Of a stretch of DNA of 64,000 nucleotides, positions 9,222-19,362 are shown in pieces. Location: NCBI GenBank assembly GCA_015233115.1, contig JADFYJ010000005.1:86359-150358 (forward strand), in the 5' to 3' direction. The notes beneath the pieces are model-generated. The model saw only the letters and a program-made list of their open reading frames with translations. It ran no database searches and was not told the DNA's origin. Made by a program: the position numbers and the translations under genes. How positions within the stretch are numbered: the first letter of the stretch is position 1; each line of letters starts with the position of its first letter. The stretch is from Candidatus Omnitrophota bacterium (GTDB taxonomy: Bacteria; Omnitrophota; Gorgyraeia; Zapsychrales; Zapsychraceae).

Positions 9222-10355
9222 TTATTTTATTGCAAAAATTTTTCCAGGTTTTTGTGTGATCAACTTTTTGAGTTCTAATTCTAGCAAAATTAAATTCAAT
9301 TGGGAAACCGGAATATCAATATTTTTTACTAACTCATCAATATGCTCGGTTCCTTTTTTGATAAGAGCATATACTAACTGCTGTGAATCTGTCAATCCCT
9401 GCTTCAAATCATCGACGGTGTTTGGCGGCAATGATCCAGGGATTACGCATAATTTATTTTCTAAACATGCGGATATAGGCAAAGATAATTCTTCCAGCAC
9501 ATCTTCCACGCAGGTAATTAATCGGGCGCCCTGTTTGATTAATTGATTAGTGCCGCTGGCTGTATATGAATCCACTTTTCCCGGAACAGCAAAAACTTCC
9601 CGATTCTGCTCAAGAGCGGTATCTGCCGTAATTAATGCGCCGCTGCGTAGCGCTGCTTCAACGACAATAACACCTAACGACAATCCGCTAATGATTCGAT
9701 TTCTTCGTGGAAAATTATATGGCATAGGTTCGGTATGCATGGGAAACTCTGAAATAACTAAACCATTTATTCCGATCTCTTCTGCTAATTTTTTATTTTC
9801 TGGCGGGTATATGTTGGCTAGTCCTGAACCTAGCACAGCGACAGTAGCGCCTTTGCCTCTAAGCGCGCCTTTATGCGCGGCAGTATCAACACCGCGCGCC
9901 ATTCCCGATATGACTGAAATTCCTAACTCTGCCAGCCGCAAAGCGAATTTATCCGCGATAGATAAACCATACATGGAAGCATGACGCGAACCTACTAAAG
10001 CAACAGATAATTCAGAAATTTTTTTAAGCGCTCCTTTTACATAAAGGACGGCTGGGCAGTCTGAAATGCCATTAAGCCGAGCCGGAAAATTCTCATCTTG
10101 ATAAACCCAAAAACTAACGGTGAATTTTGATAACGCCTGATATTCCTCGTCTAAAAAACGTGGTATTTCAAATTTCAAAAAATTTTGGATAACACTCTTG
10201 GGAATAATATTGGAAAGAATTAAATCGCTTTCGCTGGCATTAACAACGGCAGACGGAGCGCCAAAAAAATCAACGAGTTTTCTAATCCGCTGAGGGCCCA
10301 AACCATTTATAGCGTTTAACACTAATACCGCATCTCTATCATTGATATTCATCAT
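9222..10355 (-). CDS. dprA: DNA-processing protein DprA
   Basis: VGSR, SGMARGVDTAAH, FPRRNRIISGLS, VVEA..RSGALITA, REVFAVPG. Confidence 0.96.
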   Translation of the reverse strand: MMNINDRDAVLVLNAINGLGPQRIRKLVDFFGAPSAVVNASESDLILSNIIPKSVIQNFLKFEIPRFLDEEYQALSKFTVSFWVYQDENFPARLNGISDCPAVLYVKGALKKISELSVALVGSRHASMYGLSIADKFALRLAELGISVISGMARGVDTAAHKGALRGKGATVAVLGSGLANIYPPENKKLAEEIGINGLVISEFPMHTEPMPYNFPRRNRIISGLSLGVIVVEAALRSGALITADTALEQNREVFAVPGKVDSYTASGTNQLIKQGARLITCVEDVLEELSLPISACLENKLCVIPGSLPPNTVDDLKQGLTDSQQLVYALIKKGTEHIDELVKNIDIPVSQLNLILLELELKKLITQKPGKIFAIK

Positions 10356-10857
10356 ACCATTTCAAAATTTCCTGACCGATCTTCTCTGCTGTTTTGCCAT
10401 CGGTCAGAATTTCCTTATGCGCCGCCTGTTTGTAAAAAATTTCACGCGTAGAAAGCATATCCTGAATTGTTTTTAGAGTATCCGGCACATTAAGTAAAGG
10501 ACGATGGGAATAATGCCTGACTCGTTCTAAAACCGTATCAGGACGAGTAGACAAATAAACCACACAACCTAACGTTCGCAACACCTCAACATTTTTTTGA
10601 TCCAAAACTACGCCACCGCCGCAATCAATCACAATTTCGAGTTTATCCTTTAATTCTTCAACAGCGGCTTTTTCCAACCCTCGAAACACCGCTTCCCCGT
10701 TTTTGACAAAAATATCTTTAATAGAACTATTCGCCCGCTCTTCAATCATCCGGTCTGTTGACACAACCGGCCAGCCTAAATTCTTTCCCAGCCATTGAGC
10801 GACAGTTGACTTACCAGCGCCCATGAATCCAATTAAAATGATTACTTTGCGTAACAT
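10339..10857 (-). CDS. aroK: Shikimate kinase
   Basis: LIGFMGAGKST, GEAVFRGLE, GGGVV, RPLL. Confidence 0.95.
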   Translation of the reverse strand: MLRKVIILIGFMGAGKSTVAQWLGKNLGWPVVSTDRMIEERANSSIKDIFVKNGEAVFRGLEKAAVEELKDKLEIVIDCGGGVVLDQKNVEVLRTLGCVVYLSTRPDTVLERVRHYSHRPLLNVPDTLKTIQDMLSTREIFYKQAAHKEILTDGKTAEKIGQEILKWYDEYQ

Positions 10858-10889
10858 ATATTTGAATCCCCTTAATTTTTAATTTTTAA

Positions 10890-10919
10890 ATCATAACACA
10901 TTATTTGATATTTTGTCAA
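10890..10919 (-). promoter_or_regulatory. Putative sigma70 promoter for aroK-dprA-topA
   Basis: Minus strand TTGACA-N18-TATGAT with TG extension. Confidence 0.6.
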
Positions 10920-10924
10920 ATTCG

Positions 10925-11030
10925 AATTTAAAAACAAATTTAAACTCGAATTTGAAATCGGAGAATTCTTATCATAATTTAAAAACAAATTTAAACTCGA
11001 ATTTGAATTCAAAGAATTCTTATCATAATT
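10925..11030. repeat. Tandem duplication with 51-nt period
   Basis: aatttaaaaacaaatttaaactcgaatttgaa...gaattcttatcat occurs at 10925 and 10976 with few substitutions. Confidence 0.9.
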
Positions 11031-11057
11031 AAAATACACATTTGATTTCAAATGGTT

Positions 11058-11086
11058 TTGACACTCAACTTATAATATGCCATACT
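11058..11086 (+). promoter_or_regulatory. Putative sigma70 promoter for the pilin gene
   Basis: TTGACA-N17-CATACT with extended -10 TG; GAGGA RBS before ATG 11123. Confidence 0.65.
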
Positions 11087-11122
11087 TTAATTAAGCGAAA
11101 CAAAAACTTTGAGGAAATTAAT

Positions 11123-11554
11123 ATGAAAAATACTAAAGGCTTTACTTTAATGGAATTAATGATTGTAGTTATAGTGATTGGCGTCCTTGCCGCGGTCGCA
11201 TTGCCCAGCTTCAATCGAGTCACAGAAATCAGCCGCGCCCAACATGGTATTGATTGGCTTAGAAACGCTTATGGAGCCCAAAGAGCTTTTTTTGTTGCAA
11301 ATGACATCTATACCGGTGCCTTTGCTGATCTTGATGTGGATCTTCTTTATACCGTAAATAATTTCTCCGCAAAAAGTGTAGGGGTGACTGCTACCTCTTG
11401 CGCTTCGATTACCAGAGATGCGGCGTCTGGTTTTGGCTATGGGTTAACCATGAATTGCACAACTGGCTTAATCACTTGCACGGCTGGGGCTGGAGGCACT
11501 GCTGCTGCTGACGCTATAATTTGTGGTCTACTGGGCCACGGAAGTCCTTTTTAA
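11123..11554 (+). CDS. Type IV pilin (PilE/PilA-like prepilin)
   Basis: MKNTKG|FTLMELMIVVIVIGVLAAVALP class III signal peptide; four C-terminal Cys; start moved to ATG 11123. Confidence 0.9.
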   Translation: MKNTKGFTLMELMIVVIVIGVLAAVALPSFNRVTEISRAQHGIDWLRNAYGAQRAFFVANDIYTGAFADLDVDLLYTVNNFSAKSVGVTATSCASITRDAASGFGYGLTMNCTTGLITCTAGAGGTAAADAIICGLLGHGSPF

Positions 11555-11610
11555 ATCTAAGCTTTCTTTTCTTTTACTTTTTTCTCGACTATCTTTCCCT
11601 CTGTACTTCT

Positions 11611-12429
11611 TTATAACCTATACCCATTCAATATCCACACAATAATCGGCGGGCCAAAAAATAAAGAAATTATTGCTCCTAAAACTATAAATGGTCCATA
11701 GGCAATTGTACTGTCTTTCGTCCTGATTTTTTCTACAAGTCCGTACACAGCGCCAAATAATGGGGCCAAAAAAAATGTTAATATAGCCAGTTTCCATCCT
11801 AAGAACGCCCCCACCATGGCGAGTAATTTTACGTCACCGCCTCCCATAGATTCTTTTTTAAATAACATATCACCCAGCAATCCCATTAAATAAATTGAAC
11901 CACCACCGGCCAATACTCCAACCAAAGACCATCCTAATGATTTCAAATGAATTAACCAATCAAAACCCGCTATGGCTTGTAACCCATGCATTTCTGGTAT
12001 AAAAAAACTGAAAATCAAACCGAAAATCATCCCTCCCACGCTGATTTCATCAGGAATAATACGGTGGGCAAAGTCAACAAAAGTCGCCACAATAAAACAG
12101 GACATCATAAACACATAGGGTAAATAAAATTTAGAAAGACCGAAATAAACATACATCAAATAAAAAACCACAGCCGTTAATAATTCGACTAAAAAATATA
12201 TGATGGAAAACTTTTCTTTGCAATAACGGCACTGCCCTCCCAGTATCCAATAACTGATCAAGGGAATATTGTCAAACCAGGGAATCATTTTCTGACACTT
12301 AAAACAATGTGACCGCGGCACAACAATCGATTGTTCAAGCGGCATGCGGACTATACACACATTCAAGAAGCTGCCCACCATGGCGCCAAATATAAAAAGA
12401 AAGATGCCGATCACATCAATGCTTACCAT
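11611..12429 (-). CDS. pilD: Prepilin peptidase
   Basis: GSFLNVCIVR, RSHC..C, CRYC, D....IIPD, MGGGDVKL, GPF. Confidence 0.95.
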   Translation of the reverse strand: MVSIDVIGIFLFIFGAMVGSFLNVCIVRMPLEQSIVVPRSHCFKCQKMIPWFDNIPLISYWILGGQCRYCKEKFSIIYFLVELLTAVVFYLMYVYFGLSKFYLPYVFMMSCFIVATFVDFAHRIIPDEISVGGMIFGLIFSFFIPEMHGLQAIAGFDWLIHLKSLGWSLVGVLAGGGSIYLMGLLGDMLFKKESMGGGDVKLLAMVGAFLGWKLAILTFFLAPLFGAVYGLVEKIRTKDSTIAYGPFIVLGAIISLFFGPPIIVWILNGYRL

Positions 12430-13288
12430 AACAAACCTCCTCGAGTTTATCCCGCATCAAAAGTTTCACGCCCACATCGATCTCCTGCTCTGCCCAATGC
12501 TGTAAAGCCAACACCGCTTGATAATACAGCATGCCCAATCCATTGGCAGACCTGGCTCCGGCATGAACTGCCGCCTGAAGAAGCAAAGTTTGCGCCGGAT
12601 TGTAAATCAAATCATAAACCAGCATATGCGAATGTAATAATTTTGGATTAATCAAAAGTGGATCTGTTGGTTTCATCCCAACAGTTGTGGTATTGATCAA
12701 AATATCGCACAATTCAATATTCAAATCTTCAACGGAAGTAACAGTTGAAACATTATCCACATTCATCCGTTGGCCTAAATCCGCCACCAAATCGACTGCT
12801 TTTTGAGGCGTGCGATTAATTATTTTAATAGACTCGGGCCGTTCAATATCCAAACATAAAGACGTTAAAATCGCCCGGCTAGCCCCTCCCGCGCCAAGGA
12901 TGGCAATACGCTGATCCGCAGTTGAAACTCCCAATTCAGCCAAATGACAAATGAACCCAGGTCCATCTGTATTATAGCCGGTTAGTTTCCGTTTATCGTC
13001 AATCATAATCGTATTTACTGCGCCAGCCTTTTCAGCAAACGGCGATAGTGCATCCAAAAAAGGAATCACTTTCTCTTTATACGGCACAGTAACGTTTAAC
13101 CCGAATATCGGCGACGAAACCTCTTTCAATGATTGAAAAAATCCGTCCAATTCATTGTCCTTAAGCGGAAAAAGTTTGTAAACCGCGTCCACTTCCAAAG
13201 CCTCAAACGCCGTATTCAGCATAGCCGGCGAAAAACTGTGCGCTACCGGATTCCCGATAAGTCCATAAGTAGATTGTTGGTCATCCAT
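12416..13288 (-). CDS. aroE: Shikimate dehydrogenase
   Basis: GNPVAHSFSP, NVTVPYK, GAVNT, NTDGPG, GAGGA, DLIYNP, GLGML. Confidence 0.95.
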   Translation of the reverse strand: MDDQQSTYGLIGNPVAHSFSPAMLNTAFEALEVDAVYKLFPLKDNELDGFFQSLKEVSSPIFGLNVTVPYKEKVIPFLDALSPFAEKAGAVNTIMIDDKRKLTGYNTDGPGFICHLAELGVSTADQRIAILGAGGASRAILTSLCLDIERPESIKIINRTPQKAVDLVADLGQRMNVDNVSTVTSVEDLNIELCDILINTTTVGMKPTDPLLINPKLLHSHMLVYDLIYNPAQTLLLQAAVHAGARSANGLGMLYYQAVLALQHWAEQEIDVGVKLLMRDKLEEVCYGKH

Positions 13289-14808
13289 TATTTTTTTACC
13301 GATAATATTTTATTCACCGCATTTATATACGCTTTCGCCGATGCTTCGACAATGTCTGTGCTGGCACCGTGAGCGATCACTGTTTCTTGTTTGGCTTTCA
13401 GTTTAATCGTGACCTCACCGATCGCGTCCTCACCTTGAGTCACAGAATGGATATTATAATCCAATAATTCTCCTTTAACTTTTGTGATCAAATCAATGGC
13501 TTTATAACACGCGTCCACAGGCCCGTCACCGGTCAAAGTTTTCGTGACAACCTTACCGCTGGATTTTAACGCAATGGTCATCATAGGTTCAACCTGGGTT
13601 CCGCTTTTGTATTCCAGACTGTGCAGAGTCCAGATATTTTTTACAATACGGACTTCATCCTCAATGATCGCGAAAAGATCCTCGTCATATATTTCTTTTT
13701 TCTTGTCTGCCACAATCTTGAAACGTTCAAACGCCTGATCAATTTGAGCTTCAGTCAATTTGATGCCCAGCAATTTCAAACGTTCAGAAAAACCATGGCG
13801 GCCGGAATGCTTGCCCAAAACCAACCCAGTTCCGGTAAACCCGACATCTTCCCCATGGATCACTTCATACGTCGAACGTTCAGCCAAAACGCCATGCTGG
13901 TGAATTCCCGATTCATGCAGAAAAGCATTACCACCGACAATGGCTTTATTTGGCGCGACCGCGAAACCTGACGCTTTGCTCACCAGACGGGAAACCCTGC
14001 ATATCTCTGCTGTCTTGATATTTGTTTCGCAATGATAAATATCCTTACGTGTTTTTAACGCCATAACAATTTCTTCCATAGCCGCATTGCCGGCCCGCTC
14101 ACCTATGCCATTGACTGTGCATTCCACCTGACGCGCGCCATTTTCAACCGCGGCCAGCGAATTAGATACGGACAGCCCCAAATCATCATGACAATGAACG
14201 GAAATAACAGCTTTGTTGATATTAGGCACATTATTCTTCACATGAGCAATTAACTGACCAAACAAAGACGGAACCGTATACCCCACCGTATCCGGAATAT
14301 TGACGGTTGTCGCGCCGGCTTTAATGACCGCTTCGATCACTTTACACAAAAAATCCCGGTCTGATCGCGACGCGTCTTCAGCAGAAAATTCCACATCCGC
14401 CATTTTACCGCGGGCATATTTAACAGCTTCGATCGCCATAGCCAAAACTTCATCTGGCGACTTCTTTAATTTGAATTTCATGTGAATATTGGAGGTGGCC
14501 AAAAAAACATGGATCCGCCCGTGCTTGGCGTTTTTTAACGCATCATAAGCCGCATCAATATCTTTTTTCACCGAGCGAGCTAAACCCGCCACAATCGACT
14601 TCTTGACATTTTTCGCCACCAGTTTAACCGATTCAAAGTCGCCGGGCGAACTGACCGGAAAACCCGCCTCAATAATATCAACCCCCATATACTCCAATGC
14701 CGAAGCAATGGCCAGTTTCTCATCCCGGTTCATGCTGGCGCCAGGAGCCTGCTCCCCGTCGCGCAATGTCGTATCAAAAATTAACACCTTATCCATTTTT
14801 TTTATCAT
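13288..14808 (-). CDS. leuA: 2-isopropylmalate synthase
   Basis: FDTTLRDGEQ, HCHDDLG, NGIGERAGN, HESGIHQHG, LGKHSG, C-terminal regulatory domain. Confidence 0.95.
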   Translation of the reverse strand: MIKKMDKVLIFDTTLRDGEQAPGASMNRDEKLAIASALEYMGVDIIEAGFPVSSPGDFESVKLVAKNVKKSIVAGLARSVKKDIDAAYDALKNAKHGRIHVFLATSNIHMKFKLKKSPDEVLAMAIEAVKYARGKMADVEFSAEDASRSDRDFLCKVIEAVIKAGATTVNIPDTVGYTVPSLFGQLIAHVKNNVPNINKAVISVHCHDDLGLSVSNSLAAVENGARQVECTVNGIGERAGNAAMEEIVMALKTRKDIYHCETNIKTAEICRVSRLVSKASGFAVAPNKAIVGGNAFLHESGIHQHGVLAERSTYEVIHGEDVGFTGTGLVLGKHSGRHGFSERLKLLGIKLTEAQIDQAFERFKIVADKKKEIYDEDLFAIIEDEVRIVKNIWTLHSLEYKSGTQVEPMMTIALKSSGKVVTKTLTGDGPVDACYKAIDLITKVKGELLDYNIHSVTQGEDAIGEVTIKLKAKQETVIAHGASTDIVEASAKAYINAVNKILSVKK

Positions 14809-14869
14809 AAATTATGCTCCGCTTACAAAAAAAGATTAAACTAAAAACAAAAAAACGATAATTTTGTAA

Positions 14870-14997
14870 CGGGCGATCAGGAGATCGCCCCTACGACCAA
14901 GGACGCAATGTCCGCGTAGTGCTGGAAACTCCGCGCGCTGTACAACAGCTAAATACATATTTTTTTTATTTCGTAGGGGCGATCTCCCGATCGCCCG
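14870..14997. repeat. Inverted pair of GTAG-type REP palindromes (REPIN-like)
   Basis: cgggcgatcaggagatcgcccctacga (14870-14896) and tcgtaggggcgatctcccgatcgcccg (14971-14997), 26/27 reverse-complement match. Confidence 0.85.
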
Positions 14998-15059
14998 CAT
15001 CAATCGTTTTTAAATAAAAAACAAAAACAATAATGTCAAAATTATATCCTGATATCATA

Positions 15060-15091
15060 AAAAAGACCATAGAAAATTCTATGGTCTTTTT
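15060..15091. terminator. Intrinsic terminator-like hairpin between ilvC and leuA
   Basis: aaaaagaccatagaa-aa-ttctatggtcttttt, T-tracts on both strands. Confidence 0.65.
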
Positions 15092-15154
15092 ATTATAGGC
15101 CGCTGAGACCGTGGCCTCACGTTTTTATCTTCAACAATTACTTTTTTTAAAAAA

Positions 15155-15178
15155 GGGCGATTCGTGAATCGCCCCTGC
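15155..15178 (-). repeat. REP-like palindrome (GCAG variant of the GTAG family)
   Basis: Minus strand gcaggggcgattcacgaatcgccc. Confidence 0.7.
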
Positions 15179-15183
15179 GCTTG

Positions 15184-15214
15184 CCACATACCACATGCTA
15201 CATGCTACATGCTA
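15184..15214. repeat. Orphan right arm of a 7-mer tandem-arm element
   Basis: ccacataccacatgctacatgctacatgcta directly downstream of the ilvC stop. Confidence 0.75.
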
Positions 15215-15217
15215 TTT

Positions 15218-16207
15218 TTATTCCATCCAAGGCATCATACCGCGCAATTTTTTGCCAACAGCCTCAATCGGATGTTTGGCGGATGCTTGACGGTATTTAT
15301 TAAAATTCGGCCTGCCTTTTTTATTTTCCTCAATCCATTCTTTGGCAAATTTGCCGGTTTGGATTTCTTTGAGAATTTTCTGCATCTCAGCGCGGGTCTT
15401 TTTGTTAATAATCCTCGGACCACGGGAATAATCGCCATATTCCGCTGTATCAGAAACTCTGCGGCGCATGCCGTCGATACCTTTGGAATAAATCAAATCT
15501 GTGATCAACTTTAACTCATGCAGACATTCGTAATACGCGATTTCAGGAGCGTATCCGGCATTCACTAATGTTTCAAAACCGGCATAAATCAATTCACTGC
15601 ATCCGCCGCATAAAACCACTTGCTCGCCGAAAAGATCAGTTTCTGTCTCTTCTTTGAACGTTGTTTCAATAACGCCGGCGCGGGTGCCGCCAATGCCTTT
15701 AGCATAAGCTAACGCGTCTTTTAAAGCATGCTTTGAAGCATCCTGATAAATAGCCACCAAACAAGGAACGCCTTTTCCTTCTTCATATTGCTGACGAACT
15801 AAAGCGCCCGGCCCTTTAGGAGCGATCATCCACACGTCGACATTCTTCGGCGGAACAATCTGTTTAAAATGAATATTAAATCCGTGAGAAAACACTAATG
15901 ACTTACCAGGTTTCATTTCTGCGGCAATGAACTTATTATACATATCCGCTTGCACATGATCCTGAGTCAAAATCTGGATGATGTCGCCATCTTTAGCCGC
16001 TGTTGCCGCATCGACTGGTTTGAACCCATCTTTCAAAGCGATCTTATAATTTTCCGTATCCTTAAGTTCGCTGACAATCACTTTAAGTCCGCTATCACGC
16101 AAGTTCATGGCTTGACTACGACCCTGAATACCATAACCGATAATAGCAATTGTTTTGCCTTTTAATTGCTTTAAGTCTGCTTGTTTATCATTATAAATCT
16201 TAACCAT
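15218..16207 (-). CDS. ilvC: Ketol-acid reductoisomerase
   Basis: [53 protein letters not shown]. Confidence 0.98.
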   Translation of the reverse strand: MVKIYNDKQADLKQLKGKTIAIIGYGIQGRSQAMNLRDSGLKVIVSELKDTENYKIALKDGFKPVDAATAAKDGDIIQILTQDHVQADMYNKFIAAEMKPGKSLVFSHGFNIHFKQIVPPKNVDVWMIAPKGPGALVRQQYEEGKGVPCLVAIYQDASKHALKDALAYAKGIGGTRAGVIETTFKEETETDLFGEQVVLCGGCSELIYAGFETLVNAGYAPEIAYYECLHELKLITDLIYSKGIDGMRRRVSDTAEYGDYSRGPRIINKKTRAEMQKILKEIQTGKFAKEWIEENKKGRPNFNKYRQASAKHPIEAVGKKLRGMMPWME

Positions 16208-16236
16208 ACTGTGTCCTTTCCGTGTTCAAATTTTAA

Positions 16237-16350
16237 AAGTAACAAAGTGACAAAGTAACAGAGTAACAAAGAAACAACAAAAAACGAACGTTTTTTTGCA
16301 TCAATCGCTTTTGTCTCTGTCACTCGGTTACTTGGTTACTCGGTTACTTT
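16237..16350. repeat. Tandem-arm inverted element, AGTAACAG 8-mer type, about 43-nt spacer
   Basis: Left aagtaacaaagtgacaaagtaacagagtaacaaag, right ctctgtcactcggttacttggttactcggttactt, inner motif catcaatcgctttt at 16299-16312. Confidence 0.9.
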
Positions 16351-16351
16351 C

Positions 16352-17767
16352 TTAATATCTGTAATGTTCCGGCTTATACGGTCCTTCGACTGATACGCCG
16401 ATATACTTCGCCTGCTTAGGCGTTAATTTCGTTAATTTCGCGCCGACTTTTTCCAAATGCAGGCGAGCCACTTCTTCATCAAGTCTTTTAGGCAAACGAT
16501 AAACATCGACAGGATATTTATTCGTCCACAATTCAATTTGCGCCAAAGTCTGGTTAGTAAATGAATTGCTCATAACGAACGAAGGATGTCCGGTCGCGCA
16601 GCCCAAATTGACTAAACGGCCTTCAGCCAAAAGTAAAATAGCGTGTCCATCAGGAAAAACAAATTGATCGACTTGCGGTTTAATATTAATCCGCTTGATC
16701 CCTTTTCCCTGCATGAGACCTGCCACTTCAATTTCATTGTCAAAATGGCCGATGTTACACACAATCGCCATATGCTTCATTTTAGCCATATGCGCGGAGG
16801 TAATGATTTCCGCGTTACCCGTTGCTGTAACAAAAATATCGCCTTCTGCCAAACAATCTTCCACAGTCTTAACTTCAAAACCTTCCATGGACGCTTGCAA
16901 AGCGCAGATCGGGTCAATCTCAGTGACAATGACGCGGGCGCCGTAGGTACTTAAGGAGCGGGCACAACCTTTGCCCACATCGCCGTAACCGCACACCACA
17001 GCCACTTTACCAGCTAACATAACGCCGGTCGCGCGCTTTATACCGTCTGCCAATGATTCGCGGCAGCCGTATAAATTATCGAATTTCGATTTTGTCACTG
17101 AATCATTCACATTAAACGCCGGGAATTTTAAAATTCCCGCTTCTTTCATTTGATATAAACGATGAACGCCGGTCGTGGTCTCTTCGGACACGCCCTTCAT
17201 GCGTTTCATCATTTTATGCCAAATTTTCGGCGTTTCTTTAAGCATGTCTTTCAAACACGCGTAAAGTTCCTGTTCATCTTCCGTCGAAACTTTAGCGTTT
17301 AAAACTTTTGGATTGTCTTCAGCTTCAAAACCTTTATGCATCATCAAGGTCGCGTCGCCGCCGTCATCCACGATCAAATCCGGGCCATCTCCATCCGGCC
17401 AGATCAAAGCTTTCTTGGTACACCACCAATATTCCTTTAAAGTCTCACCCTTCCAGGCATACACCGGCACGCCGTAATCAACAATCGCTGCCGCAGCTGC
17501 GTCAACGGTCGAGAAAATATTACAGCTCACCCAGCGGACATCCGCGCCTAATTCCACGAGTGTTTTGATCAACACCGCGGTCTGGGTCGTCATATGCAAT
17601 GACCCCATGATCCGGCTGCCTTTAAGGATTTTTTTTGATCCGTATTTTTTCCGTAAAGCCATAAGGCCTGGCATTTCAATTTCTGCCAATTCGATCTCTT
17701 TATGACCAAGCTCGGCCAACGAAAGATCTCTCACCTTAAAATCTTTTCGTTTAATAACGTCGTTCAT
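16352..17767 (-). CDS. ahcY: Adenosylhomocysteinase
   Basis: [64 protein letters not shown]. Confidence 0.98.
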   Translation of the reverse strand: MNDVIKRKDFKVRDLSLAELGHKEIELAEIEMPGLMALRKKYGSKKILKGSRIMGSLHMTTQTAVLIKTLVELGADVRWVSCNIFSTVDAAAAAIVDYGVPVYAWKGETLKEYWWCTKKALIWPDGDGPDLIVDDGGDATLMMHKGFEAEDNPKVLNAKVSTEDEQELYACLKDMLKETPKIWHKMMKRMKGVSEETTTGVHRLYQMKEAGILKFPAFNVNDSVTKSKFDNLYGCRESLADGIKRATGVMLAGKVAVVCGYGDVGKGCARSLSTYGARVIVTEIDPICALQASMEGFEVKTVEDCLAEGDIFVTATGNAEIITSAHMAKMKHMAIVCNIGHFDNEIEVAGLMQGKGIKRINIKPQVDQFVFPDGHAILLLAEGRLVNLGCATGHPSFVMSNSFTNQTLAQIELWTNKYPVDVYRLPKRLDEEVARLHLEKVGAKLTKLTPKQAKYIGVSVEGPYKPEHYRY

Positions 17768-18924
17768 TACACTCCCTTTTTAAGAATTGAAGCCATGTCA
17801 GTTTTTTCCCAAGTAAACTCATTACGGCCAAAATGACCATAGGCAGCAGTCTTGCGGAAAACCGGTTTACGTAAATCTAATTTTGTGATAATGCCTTTAG
17901 GCGTTAAATCAAAATTCTTACGAATCAACTGAACTAAAATTTGTTCGGACACTGTACCAGTACCAAACGTATCCACAAAAATACTTAATGGTTCAGGATA
18001 ACCAATCGCGTAGCTTAACTGAATCAAACATTTTTTAGCTAAACCGGCTGCCACGATATTTTTGGAAATATAACGAGCCATGTAAGCCGCAGAACGGTCT
18101 ACCTTGGTCGGATCTTTTCCTGAAAATGCGCCGCCGCCGTGAGGAACCACGCCGCCGTAAGTATCCACAATAATCTTACGTCCGGTCATACCTGTATCTG
18201 ATTGCGGGCCGCCCACTACAAATTTACCGGTTTCATTGACAAAAAATTTAGTTTTCTTATCAATTAATTTACCAACAATCGGCTGTGCGATCACGTCGAT
18301 AATCTCGTTACGCGCTTTAGTCGTGATTTTTTTACCCGTCTTATCCAAAATATCTTCAGTATGCTGACAAGCCAAAACCACCGCATCAACGCGTGTTGGT
18401 TGACCATTGTCATATTCGACAGTCACTTGACTCTTGCAATCCGGCCCTAAATATTTCAACTCATTGCTCTTGCGCACTTCTTCAACACGTTTGACCAATT
18501 TATGCGCTAATGTAATAGGAAGCGGCATATATTCTTTGGTTTCATCCGTCGCGTAACCATACATAATTCCCTGATCGCCTGCCCCGCCGGCGTCAACACC
18601 TTGAGAAATATCCGGAGACTGGGCATTGATCGCGTTTAAGATCGAGCAGGTTCTGCCGTCAAAACCATATTTTTGATGAGTATATCCAATATCTTCCAAA
18701 AGACCGCGCACCAATTTTGGAACGTCAATGTACGTTTTGGTGGTAATTTCACCGCCGACGATAACCAAGCCCATGGTAACAAATGTTTCGCAAGCCACAC
18801 GGCCCATAGGATCATCTTTTAAAACCGCATCCAACACTGAGTCGGAAATTTGATCGCAGACCTTATCCGGATGTCCAGCACCCACTGATTCTGAAGTAAT
18901 GAAATAATTTCCTTTCACCTTCAA
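17767..18924 (-). CDS. metK: S-adenosylmethionine synthetase
   Basis: [49 protein letters not shown]. Confidence 0.98.
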   Translation of the reverse strand: MKVKGNYFITSESVGAGHPDKVCDQISDSVLDAVLKDDPMGRVACETFVTMGLVIVGGEITTKTYIDVPKLVRGLLEDIGYTHQKYGFDGRTCSILNAINAQSPDISQGVDAGGAGDQGIMYGYATDETKEYMPLPITLAHKLVKRVEEVRKSNELKYLGPDCKSQVTVEYDNGQPTRVDAVVLACQHTEDILDKTGKKITTKARNEIIDVIAQPIVGKLIDKKTKFFVNETGKFVVGGPQSDTGMTGRKIIVDTYGGVVPHGGGAFSGKDPTKVDRSAAYMARYISKNIVAAGLAKKCLIQLSYAIGYPEPLSIFVDTFGTGTVSEQILVQLIRKNFDLTPKGIITKLDLRKPVFRKTAAYGHFGRNEFTWEKTDMASILKKGV

Positions 18925-18965
18925 CCCGCCTTTCTTTAATGATGCATGTTATGAATATTTTAATA

Positions 18966-19362
18966 AGTAACAGAGTAACAGAGTAACAGAGTAACAGAGT
19001 AACAGAGTAACAGAGTGACCGAGTAAAAAACTAAAAAAGCGAATGAGTAAAAACGTCTAAGTAACAAAGTAACGACAAACTGAATAAAAAAGCTACTGAG
19101 TAAAAGCAGCTAAGTAATAAAACTCCAAAATAACAACGCTCCAAACTAACAGAAAAAATGAAATTGGTCAAAAAAAATATTATGATTTTTAAAAAGCAAA
19201 AAAACAATAAAAGTTAAAAAAAATTATCTTATTAAACTTACATCGTTTCTCTAACTTACCGCTTTATTCTCATCAATCGCCTTTTCTCACCAATCGCCTT
19301 TTTCTCTGTTACTCTGTTACTCGATTACTTGGTTACTCTTTGCTCTCGGTTACTTTGTCACT
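18966..19362. repeat. Tandem-arm inverted element, AGTAACAG type, about 280-nt A-rich spacer
   Basis: Six perfect AGTAACAG units 18966-19013; right arm of ctgttact-like units 19304-19362; two inner motifs caatcgcctttt. Confidence 0.9.

Noticed and set aside
11558-11610. Pyrimidine tract between pilin and pilD as another tandem arm
   Set aside because: Periodicity is too weak and no partner arm is visible.
18925-19350. SAM or SAH riboswitch upstream of metK-ahcY
   Set aside because: No conserved riboswitch core is recognisable; the region is occupied by the tandem-arm element.
18966-19362. Tandem repeats as a CRISPR array
   Set aside because: Units are 7-8 nt, contiguous and without unique spacers; no cas genes are present.
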